Positions 17,943 through 27,268 are shown, numbered from the stretch's first letter. The stretch is 63,176 nucleotides of DNA from Pseudonocardiaceae bacterium (GCA_039583705.1 JAVKSM010000002.1:1-63176); one strand, 5' to 3'. Notes: generated by a model from the sequence alone, not told the origin. Numbers and translations are program-made.

Positions 17943-19655
17943 TCAAGGGGACCTACTGTGAGGGTTTGCACGGTACCCACCAGGGGTCCGGGGTGATGCG
18001 GTTAGTTTGGTGGTGCGGGCCGTTTCGCGGCGGACGCGGAGGGCGGTGAGGAGCAGTCCGGCGGCGAGTGCCGCGCCGACCCCTTCACCGGCTCGGATGC
18101 GAAGGTCGAGCAGCGGTTCGCAGCCGAGCGCTTCGAGGACGAGGGGGTGGGCGGCTTCACGGCTGCGTTGTCCGGCGATGAGGCAGTGTTGGGCGGCGGG
18201 TTCGAGGAGGATGGCGGTCAGAGCGGCGACAGACACGGCGAGTCCATCGAGGACGACGGGCGTGCGCGCAGCGGCGGCGCCGAGCGTCACGCCGGCGAGA
18301 ACAGCGAGTTCTGGGCCGCCGGCCGCGGCGAGAGCGGCGAGCGGGTCGATGGGGCGGGTCGTTGCGCGGCGAGTGCGGGCGAGTGCGCCGGTGATCACTT
18401 CCCGCTTGCGCTGGAGGATGGCGGAGTCGGCGCCGGCGCCGAGCCCGACGACGGCGTCGGCGTCGAGGTCGAGAAGCAGCGCGGCGAGGGTTGCGGCGAC
18501 CGTGGTGTTGCCGATGCCGATTTCTCCGAGCGCGACAAGACCGGTGCCGCCGCTGGCGCTGCCGAGGACGCGTCCGAGCTTGAGGAGAGCGGTGACGTCG
18601 CCGGCGGTCATGGCGGGGCTGGTCAGAAGGTCGCCCCGCGGCCCGGTCGGGCGTGCCGCGACGGCACCGGGCACGGGTTCGTTGACGCCGGCGTCGACGA
18701 CGAGAACGTCGAGGCCCGCTGCTCGCGCCGCGCGCGCGCCGAGTGCGGAGTCGGCGACCGCGGCGCGGGTGACGTCGGCGGTGACGTGCGAGGAGTAGGC
18801 GGATACCCCGTGGACTGTGACCGGATGGTCAGCGGCGGCGATGACGAGCACACCGCCGGGGCAGTCGCGGTGCCCGAGCGCGATGACACGGTCGACGGCC
18901 CGGTCGAGCACGCCGAGGGATCCAAGTGCGGTGAGCAACGTATCGGCGTCGTCGCGGACGGCGACGACATCGGCGGGGGTGGGGGCGCGCAGCCGCGACG
19001 ACGGCGCGGCCGGTGCCTGTGCGTTGGGCCATCGGTCGGTGAGGACGACGTCGTGGAGGGGGAGCCGGCGCGACCAGCCGGCACGTTGCAGGCCGGGCTC
19101 GGGTGGGCGTTCGTCCGGCCAGCCCAGGCAGAGCCAGCCGAGAGTCACGACGCCGTCGGGGAGCCCGAGCAGCGCGGCGAGATCCTCGGGGCGAAACAGC
19201 GTGACCCAGCCGACGCCAAGACCTTCTGCTCGCGCGGCCAGCCACAAGTTCTGTATCGCTGTGGCGCAGCTCCACAGGTCGGCGCCGGGAAACGTCGCGC
19301 GGCCGAGGACGCCGGTGGCGGGGGCGCGGCGGTCGCAGAGCACGACGACGCCCAGCGGCGCTTCGCGGACCCCTTCCAGCTGAAGATCGAGCAGGCGCCG
19401 GGCGGCGTCGGGTTCGAGCAGCGACGCCTGACGAAGCCGTTCACGGTCGGTGAGAACCGCCGCCTCGTCGCGGATCGCTGGGTCGCGGACGACGACGAAC
19501 CGCCAGGGCTGGCTGTGTCCGACTGAGGGCGCGGCGTGCGCCGCCCGGAGCACCCGCTCGAGCATGTCGTCAGGGACGGGATCCGGGCGGTAACGGCGAA
19601 TGTCGCGGCGGGCGTAGATAACCGCGTGCAGGGCGTCGCGGACCTCGATCGGCAT
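17943..19655 (-). CDS. bluB-cobT: BluB (5,6-dimethylbenzimidazole synthase) fused to CobT (nicotinate-nucleotide:DMB phosphoribosyltransferase)
   Basis: The N-terminal nitroreductase-fold part has 'AVIYARRDIRRYRPDPVPDDMLERVLRAAHAAPSVGHSQPWRFVVV'. The C-terminal part has 'GEIGIGNTTVAATLAALLL' and 'RIRAGEGVGAALA', as in CobT. The start could also be ATG 19736. Confidence 0.85.
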   Translation of the reverse strand: MPIEVRDALHAVIYARRDIRRYRPDPVPDDMLERVLRAAHAAPSVGHSQPWRFVVVRDPAIRDEAAVLTDRERLRQASLLEPDAARRLLDLQLEGVREAPLGVVVLCDRRAPATGVLGRATFPGADLWSCATAIQNLWLAARAEGLGVGWVTLFRPEDLAALLGLPDGVVTLGWLCLGWPDERPPEPGLQRAGWSRRLPLHDVVLTDRWPNAQAPAAPSSRLRAPTPADVVAVRDDADTLLTALGSLGVLDRAVDRVIALGHRDCPGGVLVIAAADHPVTVHGVSAYSSHVTADVTRAAVADSALGARAARAAGLDVLVVDAGVNEPVPGAVAARPTGPRGDLLTSPAMTAGDVTALLKLGRVLGSASGGTGLVALGEIGIGNTTVAATLAALLLDLDADAVVGLGAGADSAILQRKREVITGALARTRRATTRPIDPLAALAAAGGPELAVLAGVTLGAAAARTPVVLDGLAVSVAALTAILLEPAAQHCLIAGQRSREAAHPLVLEALGCEPLLDLRIRAGEGVGAALAAGLLLTALRVRRETARTTKLTASPRTPGGYRANPHSRSP

Positions 19656-19894
19656 CGCCCACTCGCGCGGTCCCGCCGCCCGCTGGGCCGCCGATGTGCA
19701 GTCACCCACCAGCGACACCGGACGGGGCCAAACCATGCGCTCGCCGAGTTCGCCCACGCCATGCAGGATCTCACGTCGTGCGCAGTGGGTTCCCCGACGC
19801 CTGCTGCGGCTCGCGGTCGGGCGCGCTGCTGTATCGCGTCCACCTATGTCGCCGGCAGCCAGGCGCTCCCCGAGGACCGAGGAGCACCAGCCGC

Positions 19895-21439
19895 TCACGG
19901 GCGCAGCCGGCGCAGGGTGCGGTAGGTCGGTTCCAGGGCGTCGTAGAGGCTCGCGAAGACCGGCAGCAGTTCGGTGTAGACGGCCGCGGCCTCCGGGTCG
20001 GGCGTCAGGACGTCGTCCACCCGCACCAGGTCCGCGACGTGGTCCAAGCCGTCCACGAGACCCAGCGCCGCCATTCCCAGCAGCGCCGCTCCGAACCCGG
20101 AGCCTTCATAGCTGCGCGGGAACCCCACCGGTACGCCCAGCACGTCGGTGAGCATCTGACGCCAGAGCGGGCTGCGCGCGAACCCGCCGGTCGCCCGCAC
20201 CTCCCGCACGTCGTTTCCGGCCTCCCGCATGGACTCCGCCACCAGCGCCAACTGCTGGCACACCCCCTCCAACGCCGCCCGCACCAGGTGTTCCCGGCGA
20301 TGCTCCCGCCGCAGGCCCACGTAGGCGCCTCGCGGCAGGGCGCTCCAGTGCGGGGCCCGCTCGGAGAGCAGGTAGGGCAGCATGACCAGCCCGGCGCTGC
20401 CCGGTGGGGTCGTCGCGGCGAGCCGCAGCAGCGCGTCCACGTCGCCGCCGAGGTCGGGGGCGAGCGCGTCGCCCACCCAGTCCACGACCACGCCGCCGTT
20501 GTTCACCGCCCCTCCGATGACCCAGCGGCCCGCGGTGAGCGCGTAGCAGAACACCCGCCCGAGCGGGTCCACGCCCGGCCGCTCGACGGTCAGCCGGAGC
20601 GCCCCGCTGGTACCGATCGAGCACACCGCCACCCCTGGCCGGATCGCGCCGACACCGAGGTTGGCCAGCGGCCCGTCACCGGCACCGACGACAAGCGGTG
20701 TGCCTGCCGGCAGGCCGAGGGCATCCGCGCTCGGCGCGGTCAGCCCGGCCAGCACGTGCTCAGCGGGCACCAGCGGCGGCAACAGCTCGCGGTCGATGCC
20801 GGCGAGCCCCATCGCGACGCCGTCCCAGTCCAGGGTGGACATCGCGAGCAGCCCGGTCCCGGAGGCCAGCGAGTGGTCGGTGACGAGCCGCCCGGTCAGC
20901 CGGGACACCACGTACTCCTTGATGCCGCACCACGTCCGCGCGCTGGCGAAGGTCCGTGGCTCGGTCTCTCGCAGCCACACCAGCTTGGGCAACGGGGCCA
21001 TGGGGTGCAGCGGGGTGCCGGTGCGGCGGTGCAGCTCGAGACCGCCGGGCGCGGCGCGCAGCCGTTCGGCGACGGCGGCCGCCCTCGTGTCCGCCCAGGT
21101 GATCGACGGGGTGAGTGGGCTGCCCGCCGCGTCGAGGGCGAGCAGGCTGTGCATCGCGGAGCTGACCGACAGCCCGGCCACCGTCGCGCCGGCGGCCCGG
21201 ACCGCCGCCGCGGCCCGTCCGACGGTGGCGAGTACCGCCCGCAGGATCAGCTCCGGGTCCTGTACGGCGGCGCCGGGCTCCGGCTCGTCGAGCGGGTAGC
21301 CGACCTCGCCGAACGTCTGGGAGCGGCGGCCCACGTCCACGGCGACGACCTTGGTGGCGGTGGTTCCGATGTCGACGCCGAGCACGACCTCCTCACGCAC
21401 CGCGCGTGTCCTCACCGCCATGCCGTGATCCTCCCTCAA
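19895..21439 (-). CDS. FGGY-family carbohydrate kinase (gluconokinase-like)
   Basis: 'VLGVDIGTTATKVVAVD' N-terminal ATPase motif and a 'GGFARSPLWRQMLTDVLG' C-terminal FGGY motif. Confidence 0.85.
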   Translation of the reverse strand: MREDHGMAVRTRAVREEVVLGVDIGTTATKVVAVDVGRRSQTFGEVGYPLDEPEPGAAVQDPELILRAVLATVGRAAAAVRAAGATVAGLSVSSAMHSLLALDAAGSPLTPSITWADTRAAAVAERLRAAPGGLELHRRTGTPLHPMAPLPKLVWLRETEPRTFASARTWCGIKEYVVSRLTGRLVTDHSLASGTGLLAMSTLDWDGVAMGLAGIDRELLPPLVPAEHVLAGLTAPSADALGLPAGTPLVVGAGDGPLANLGVGAIRPGVAVCSIGTSGALRLTVERPGVDPLGRVFCYALTAGRWVIGGAVNNGGVVVDWVGDALAPDLGGDVDALLRLAATTPPGSAGLVMLPYLLSERAPHWSALPRGAYVGLRREHRREHLVRAALEGVCQQLALVAESMREAGNDVREVRATGGFARSPLWRQMLTDVLGVPVGFPRSYEGSGFGAALLGMAALGLVDGLDHVADLVRVDDVLTPDPEAAAVYTELLPVFASLYDALEPTYRTLRRLRP

Positions 21440-21527
21440 CGAGCCGGATCCGGCCGGACGCGTCGAGCAGGCAGGCGGCGAGGCCTGACCTGACAGCCCG
21501 CTTGGTCCTCACCACTAGGCTCCTCAC

Positions 21528-21623
21528 GGAGGCGTCAGGGCGCCTGGTGGCCCCCGCGGTCTTCAAAACCGACGTGGTCGAGTACCTCGGCCAGGCGGGT
21601 TCGATTCCCGTCCGCCTCCGCCA
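21528..21623 (+). tRNA. selC: tRNA-Sec (anticodon UCA)
   Basis: 96 nt: GGAGGCG...CGCCTCC-G-CCA acceptor, anticodon loop CUUCAAA (UCA), a long variable arm (GACGUGGUCGAGUACCUCGGCCAGG) and a GGTTCGATTCC T-loop. Adjacent to selD/selA/selB. Confidence 0.9.
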
Positions 21624-21864
21624 ACCCTCTCACCTGCAGCTTTGTCCCCGTCACGCGCTGCATCCTCGCCGAGGTCGGCGCCGCGCTGCCCGGATTGATC
21701 CGCGACATGCATACCCCGATCAACGCCGGGCGGGACGTGGGCGAGCTGCTGGACCTGGCGGTCCTGCTGCACAAAGGTCTCACGGCGGGGTGGCTGCGCC
21801 TTGCGGGCGCCCGGCAACCTGCCGCGGCGGGATGCTCGACCCGCTGGGCCGACTTGAGCGCCCA

Positions 21865-22893
21865 TCAGCGCAGGACGATCCGGCCGTCGCCGGCCCTGAC
21901 CCGGCCGACGACCGCGGCGGGCGGTCCGAGCTGCTCGACGGCGTGGGCCGCGGCCTGTGGGGCGGCGCCGAACAGCAGGCCACCGGAGGTCTGCGCGTCG
22001 GCGAGCAGCAGCACGGTGGTCTCGTCGGCGACACCCACGTCGAGCACGTCGCGCACGTGGTCGAGGTTGCGGTGGCTGCCCCCGGGCACCCGGTCGGCCT
22101 TGGCCAGCTCGACCACACCGGGCAGCAGCGGCACCGCGGCCACGTCCAACTCGACGTCGACGCCGGAGGCCTGCGCCATCCGTCCGAGGTGGCCGAGCAG
22201 CCCGAACCCGGTGACGTCGGTGGCGCCGGTGGCACCCGCCGCGAGCGCGGCCGCCGCGGCCGCGGCGTTGGGGGTGAGCATCGAGGCCACCGCGCCCGCC
22301 ACGACCTCTGGTGGCGCCACGCCGACCTTGATCGCGGTCGACGCCACCCCGGTGCCCAGCGCCTTGGTGAGCACCAGGGCGTCGCCGTCGCGCAGGCCGG
22401 TGTTGGTCAGCAGCCGGTCCGGGTGCACCTCCCCGACCACGGCCAGCCCGTACTTCGGCTCCGCGTCGTCGACGGTGTGCCCGCCCACGACTGCGAACCC
22501 GCACGCCGCCCCGGCCTCGGCGCCGCCGGCGAGCACCTCTGCGAGCAACGCGGTCGACAGCTCGGCGGCGTTCCACATGACGAGGTTGAGCGCAAACAGC
22601 GGTCGACCGCCCATCGCGTAGACGTCGGAGACGGAGTTCGTCGCGGCGATCCGGCCCCAGGTGCGGGCGTCGTCGACGATCGGGGTGATGAAGTCGGCGG
22701 TGGCGACCAGCGCGCGGGCGTCGTCCAGCCGCCACACCGCCGCGTCGTCACCGGTGTCGGTGCCGACCAGCAGGTCCGGCGCGGTGACCGGGCTCAGCGA
22801 GCGCAGGACCTGCGCCAGCTCGCCGGGGGCGAGCTTGCAGGCTCAACCCGCCCCGTGACTGAACTCGGTGAGCCGGCGCTGTTGTGAGGTCAC
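21865..22893 (-). CDS. selD: selenide, water dikinase (selenophosphate synthetase), itself a selenoprotein
   Basis: The track ORF (from 22737) lacks the N-terminus. Reading through the in-frame TGA at 22843-22845 gives 'VTSQQRRLTEFSHGAG-U-ACKLAPGELAQVLRSL...'. This is the canonical SelD G-x-G-(U/C)-x-C-K active-site loop. GTG start at 22893. Confidence 0.9.
22807..22842 (-). promoter_or_regulatory. candidate bacterial SECIS hairpin immediately 3' of the selD UGA
   Basis: The mRNA GCCUGC-A-AGCUCGC-CCCCG-GCGAGCU-GGC-GCAGGU can pair as a 6-bp lower stem plus a 7-8-bp upper stem. It starts at the first nucleotide after the UGA. Confidence 0.5.
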
Positions 22894-22940
22894 CAGCGAA
22901 CAGTAGCGGGCCAGCGAACAGTAGCGGGCCAGCGAGCGGG
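22893..22940. repeat. tandem 18-nt repeat (2 perfect copies + 1 shortened) in the selD/selA divergent intergenic region
   Basis: CCAGCGAACAGTAGCGGG at 22893-22910 and 22911-22928, then CCAGCGAGCGGG at 22929-22940. Confidence 0.9.
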
Positions 22941-22960
22941 CCTGCGGTTAGGCTCGGCAT

Positions 22961-24274
22961 GTGATCGACGCTCGCCGACGGGTGCCGCGCACCGACGCGG
23001 TGCTCGCCGAGCCGCGGGTCGTGGCGGCCACCCGGCGGCTCGGGCGGGACTGGGTCAAGCAGGCCGTCCTCAACGCCCAGCAGCGGGCACGGGACGGCCT
23101 GATCGCTCCGGAGCAGGTCGTCGACGAGGTCGTCGCGGCGCTGCCGGAGATCCCGTCGAGCCTGCGCCGGGTGCTCAACGCAACCGGGGTCCTGCTGCAC
23201 ACCAACCTCGGCCGCGCCCCACTCTCCTCGACAGCGGTGGACGCCCTGGTCGCGGCCGCCGGGACCACCGACGTCGAGCTCGACCTCGACACCGGCGAGC
23301 GCGGCCGCCGGGGAAGCGGGGCGCTGGCCGCGCTGGCCGCAGCGGTGCCCGCCGCCGGCGGCGTGCATGTGACGAACAACGGCGCCGCCGCGCTGGTGCT
23401 CGCCGCCACGGCGCTGGCCACCGGCCGGGAGATCGTGATTGCCCGCGGCGAGCTGGTGGAGATCGGCGACGGGTTCCGCATCCCCGACCTGCTGGTGAGC
23501 ACCGGCGCCCGGCTGCGGGAGGTCGGCACCACCAACCGGGTGCACCGTGACGACTACGCGGCCGCGATCGGCCCGGACACCGGCTTCGTGCTCAAGGTGC
23601 ACCCGTCGAACTTCGTCGTCACCGGCTTCACCTCCGCGGTGCCGGTGGCGGCGCTGGCCGACCTCGGCGTCCCGGTGGTGGCCGACATCGGCTCCGGGCT
23701 GCTCGCGCCGCACCCGCTGCTGCCCACCGAGCCGGACGCCGCCTCGACGCTGTCCGCCGGCGCGAACCTGGTCACCGCGTCCGGCGACAAGCTGCTCGGC
23801 GGCCCGCAGGCCGGACTCGTACTCGGCGACGCGGAGCTCGTGACACGGCTGCGGCGCCATCCGCTGGCCCGCGCGCTGCGGGTGGACAAGCTCACCCTCG
23901 CCGCGCTGGAGGCGACCCTGCGCGGCCCGGCCACACCCACCGCCGCGGCGCTGGCCGTCGACCCGAAAGCGCTGCGCGAGCGCGTCACACGCCTGGCCGA
24001 ATGGCTGGCCGCCTCCGGGGTGGACGCCGTCGCGGTAGCCAGCACGGCAACCGTCGGCGGCGGCGGGGCACCCGGGGTCAGCCTGCCCAGCGCGGCGCTC
24101 AGCCTGCCGGAGCACTTCGCCGCCGCGCTGCGCCACGGTCGACCGGCTGTGCTCGGCCGGCTCGAGCGCAACCGCTGCCTGCTCGACCTGCGGGCGCTGC
24201 CCCCACGCCTCGACGACGAGTTGGTCGTCGCCGTCATGCAGGCAGCCGCCCCGGGGACCAGAACGTGCACGTGA
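22961..24274 (+). CDS. selA: L-seryl-tRNA(Sec) selenium transferase
   Basis: 'RRVLNATGVLLHTNLGRAPL' and the PLP-lysine motif 'SGDKLLGGPQAG'. Confidence 0.9.
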   Translation: MIDARRRVPRTDAVLAEPRVVAATRRLGRDWVKQAVLNAQQRARDGLIAPEQVVDEVVAALPEIPSSLRRVLNATGVLLHTNLGRAPLSSTAVDALVAAAGTTDVELDLDTGERGRRGSGALAALAAAVPAAGGVHVTNNGAAALVLAATALATGREIVIARGELVEIGDGFRIPDLLVSTGARLREVGTTNRVHRDDYAAAIGPDTGFVLKVHPSNFVVTGFTSAVPVAALADLGVPVVADIGSGLLAPHPLLPTEPDAASTLSAGANLVTASGDKLLGGPQAGLVLGDAELVTRLRRHPLARALRVDKLTLAALEATLRGPATPTAAALAVDPKALRERVTRLAEWLAASGVDAVAVASTATVGGGGAPGVSLPSAALSLPEHFAAALRHGRPAVLGRLERNRCLLDLRALPPRLDDELVVAVMQAAAPGTRTCT

Positions 24275-26034
24275 TCGCCACCGCGGGGCACGTCGACCAC
24301 GGAAAGTCGACACTGGTGCGTGCGCTGACCGGGATGGAGCCCGACCGCTGGGCCGAGGAACGCCAGCGCGGCATGACGATCGACCTCGGCTTCGCCTGGA
24401 CGACGCTGGACGGGGGCGAGCAGGTCGCGTTCGTCGACGTGCCGGGCCACGAGCGGTTCGTGACCAACATGCTCGCCGGCGTCGGCCCGGTGCCGGCGGT
24501 GTTGCTCGTCGTCGCCGCCGACGAGGGCTGGATGCCGCAGTCGACCGAGCACCTCGACGCGCTGCACGCCCTCGGCGTGCGCCACGGACTGCTGGTGGTC
24601 ACCCGCAGTGACCTCATGGACCCGGAGCTGGCCCGCGACGAGGCGCTGGAGCACCTCGGCGGTTCGTCGCTGGGTCGGCTGCCGGCGGTGTGTGTCTCGG
24701 GGGCGACCGGCGCCGGGCTCGACGACCTGCGCACCGAACTGGCTGCGCTGCTGACCCGGCTGCCGCCGCCGGACGTCGCCGGCGACGTGCGACTGTGGGT
24801 GGACCGGGCGTTCACGGTGCGCGGCGCCGGCACGGTCGTCACCGGCACGCTGCCGACCGGGACCGTCGCGGTCGGCGACGAGCTCACGCTGGCGCCATCC
24901 GGGCGGTCGGTGACCGTCCGGTCCGTGCAGGCACTGGGAGCCCCCGCCGACGCCGTCAGCGCGGTCGCGCGGGTGGCACTCAACCTGCGTGGCCTGCCGT
25001 TGGAGGCGGTGCACCGCGGCCACGCCCTGACGACACCGGGGCGGTGGCTCTCCGTGCGCAGCGTGGACGCCCGGCTGCACGGCGATGCCGCGGCCGAGCT
25101 GCCCGAGCAGATCACCCTGCACGTCGGCGCCGCGGCGGTCACCGCGCTGGTCCGTCCGCTGGGGACGGATACCGTGCGGCTGACCCTGCGGTCCCCGCTG
25201 CCGCTGCGGATCGGTGACCGCGGCGTGTTGCGCGACCCGGGCGCGCGGCGGGTCGCGGCCGGTCTCACCGTGCTCGACGTCCGCCCGCCCGCGCTGCGGC
25301 GGCGCGGGGCAGCGCACGCCCGCGCCGCCGAGCTGTCCACGATGGACGGTGTACCGGACGGGCGGGCGGAGCTGTGTCGGCGCAGGACGGTGCGGCCCGA
25401 GGAGCTGCGCGCCATGGGCGCCGCGGTCCCCTTCGACGCGCCGGGCGCGGCTGGCTGGCTCATCGACCCGGATCACGCGGCGGCGCTCGCGGCGCGGCTC
25501 TCGGCGGCCGTCGTCGAGCAGGCGCGCACCTCCCCGTTGGAGCCGGGGCTGCCCACCGAGGCCGCGCGGCGCCTCCTCGGGCTGCCCGACGCCCGATTGC
25601 TGGACGTGCTGCTGGCCGCCCCCGCAACGGCAGCGCTTCGGCTGCGCAACGGGCGGGTGGTGCCGGCGACGGCCGGCACCGAGCTGCCCGGCGAGCTGCG
25701 CGCCGCAGTGGACACGGTGCTCGCCGAGCTGCGCGACGCCCCGTTCGAGGCGCCGGAGATGGCACACCTCGCCGAGCTGGGACTGGGACCCAGGCAGCTT
25801 GCGACGGCGGTGCGCGCCGGAGAACTGGTCAAGGTCGGCGACGGGGTTTACCTGGCTCCGGGGGCGGAGGATGCGGCGGTGGCGGTGCTGCGCGGGCTGC
25901 CAGCCGGGTTCACGCCCTCACAGGCCCGCCAAGCGCTGGGAACCAGCAGGCGGGTGGCGGTACCACTGCTGGAGCTGTTGGCCAGGCGGGGCCGGACCCG
26001 CCGCCTCGAGGACGGCCGCCACCAGTTGCGTTGA
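24265..26034 (+). CDS. selB: selenocysteine-specific translation elongation factor
   Basis: 'VIATAGHVDHGKSTLVRALTG' G1 motif, 'DVPGHERF' G3 motif, and a long C-terminal winged-helix region. The GTG start overlaps the selA stop. Confidence 0.9.
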   Translation: MHVIATAGHVDHGKSTLVRALTGMEPDRWAEERQRGMTIDLGFAWTTLDGGEQVAFVDVPGHERFVTNMLAGVGPVPAVLLVVAADEGWMPQSTEHLDALHALGVRHGLLVVTRSDLMDPELARDEALEHLGGSSLGRLPAVCVSGATGAGLDDLRTELAALLTRLPPPDVAGDVRLWVDRAFTVRGAGTVVTGTLPTGTVAVGDELTLAPSGRSVTVRSVQALGAPADAVSAVARVALNLRGLPLEAVHRGHALTTPGRWLSVRSVDARLHGDAAAELPEQITLHVGAAAVTALVRPLGTDTVRLTLRSPLPLRIGDRGVLRDPGARRVAAGLTVLDVRPPALRRRGAAHARAAELSTMDGVPDGRAELCRRRTVRPEELRAMGAAVPFDAPGAAGWLIDPDHAAALAARLSAAVVEQARTSPLEPGLPTEAARRLLGLPDARLLDVLLAAPATAALRLRNGRVVPATAGTELPGELRAAVDTVLAELRDAPFEAPEMAHLAELGLGPRQLATAVRAGELVKVGDGVYLAPGAEDAAVAVLRGLPAGFTPSQARQALGTSRRVAVPLLELLARRGRTRRLEDGRHQLR

Positions 26035-26039
26035 GCAAG

Positions 26040-26861
26040 CTAGCCGCTGTCGGTGAGCTCGCGCCGCAACTGGGAGAGGGTGCGGGCCAGCAGCCGGGAG
26101 ACGTGCATCTGCGACACCCCGACCCGGTCCGCGATCTGGGTCTGCGTCATGCCCCCGAAGAAGCGCAGCATGACGATCGTGCGCTCCCGCTGCGGGAGCT
26201 TCTGCAGCGCGGGCTGCAGCGTCTCCCGGTACTCCACCTGTTCGAGCTCCAGATCGGCCGCTCCGATGACGTCAGCGAGCCGGCCGCTGGAAGGGTCGTC
26301 GACGAGCATGTCGTCCAGCGAGGTACTGCGGTAGGCGTTGGCGGCTTCCAGCGCCTCGAGCACCTCGTCGCGGCTGCGCTGCAGGTGCTCGGCCAGCTCA
26401 CCTGGCGTCGGGGCCCGGCCCAGCCGCTGGGACAGCTCGGGCACGGCCGTGCCGATCGCCAGCCGGAGATCCTTGAGCCGGCGCGGGACGCGGGTGGCCC
26501 AGGCCTTGTCCCGGAAGTAGCGACGCACCTCCCCTGTGATGGTCGGCACAGCATAGGAGAGGAAGTCGCTGCCGCGGCCGGGCTCGAAGCGGTCGATGGC
26601 ATGGATCAGCCCCACCGTCGCGACCTGTTCGAGGTCCTCGACGGGCTCCCCGCGGTGGGCGAAGCGGCGGGCGATGTGTCGGGCGAGTGGGAGGTGCCCC
26701 TTGACCAACTGGTCCCGCAGCGTCTCACGGCGCGGGCCGTCGGCCCTGAGGCTGGCGAACTCGGCGAGCATCGGCGCCAGGTAGTCGTAGCCGGCGTCGG
26801 AGTCGGTCGAGGGCGACCGCTCGCTGCTCGGCTCGACGGTTCGTCCGCTGTGCTCGGTCAC
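26040..26861 (-). CDS. SigB/SigF-type group 3 RNA polymerase sigma factor
   Basis: Region 2 'VATVGLIHAIDRFEPGRGSDFLSYAVPTITGEVRRYFRD' and region 4 'QTQIADRVGVSQMHVSRLL'. GTG 26861 forms a GTGA overlap with the stop of the upstream anti-sigma gene. Confidence 0.85.
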   Translation of the reverse strand: MTEHSGRTVEPSSERSPSTDSDAGYDYLAPMLAEFASLRADGPRRETLRDQLVKGHLPLARHIARRFAHRGEPVEDLEQVATVGLIHAIDRFEPGRGSDFLSYAVPTITGEVRRYFRDKAWATRVPRRLKDLRLAIGTAVPELSQRLGRAPTPGELAEHLQRSRDEVLEALEAANAYRSTSLDDMLVDDPSSGRLADVIGAADLELEQVEYRETLQPALQKLPQRERTIVMLRFFGGMTQTQIADRVGVSQMHVSRLLARTLSQLRRELTDSG

Positions 26862-27268
26862 CCGGTGTTCCGGTCCTTGCGCAGCCGGATGCCGATCCAC
26901 GGCTTGCTGCCATCCTGCTCGCTGATGACCTCGGCCGAGTCGGCCAGCGTCGCGAGCACCCGCCAGCCGAAGGTGTCCTGCCGGATCGCCGTCGGTGCGC
27001 TGACGGCCACCGTCGCCGTAGCGACGATGTGGTCAGGACCCAACCCGAAGCCGCAGCACAGCACGGCGTCCGGCGCGGCCACGGCGACCAGCGCCGAGCA
27101 CGCCTCGTCCACCGCCATCCGCAGGTCAGACACCGCGTCGAGGTCGAAGTCGGCGCGCGCCGCCAGGTCGGCGGCCACCACGCGGACGGCGGAGATCAGC
27201 GACGGGCTGGCACGTACCCGCACCTCGACGGAGTCGGTTGCGCTGCTCACGTCATGCGTGACGTCCAT
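26858..27268 (-). CDS. anti-sigma factor, RsbW/UsfX-like
   Basis: 136 aa. 'VRVVAADLAARADFDLDAVSDLRMAVDEACSALV' is typical of RsbW/UsfX. Lies immediately upstream of the sigma gene and is translationally coupled to it. Confidence 0.75.
   Translation of the reverse strand: MDVTHDVSSATDSVEVRVRASPSLISAVRVVAADLAARADFDLDAVSDLRMAVDEACSALVAVAAPDAVLCCGFGLGPDHIVATATVAVSAPTAIRQDTFGWRVLATLADSAEVISEQDGSKPWIGIRLRKDRNTG

Noticed and set aside
17588-17980. 130-aa minus-strand ORF between the SirB1-like gene and cobT
   Set aside because: Only the first ~40 residues look protein-like ('LEVDIAKREEEAGTWLLFAHTYAYL'). The rest is antisense shadow of the SirB1-like gene. At best it is a gene fragment, and it is not callable.
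19656-19894. Cobalamin riboswitch upstream of bluB-cobT
   Set aside because: I looked for the B12-box/GCCACUG core and the GGGAA...GGUG.GAAUCC...CCCGC order. Only loose fragments are present (GGGGAACCCACUGCG, GUGAGAUCC), and they are in the wrong order. This is left as something for a covariance-model scan to settle, not as a call.
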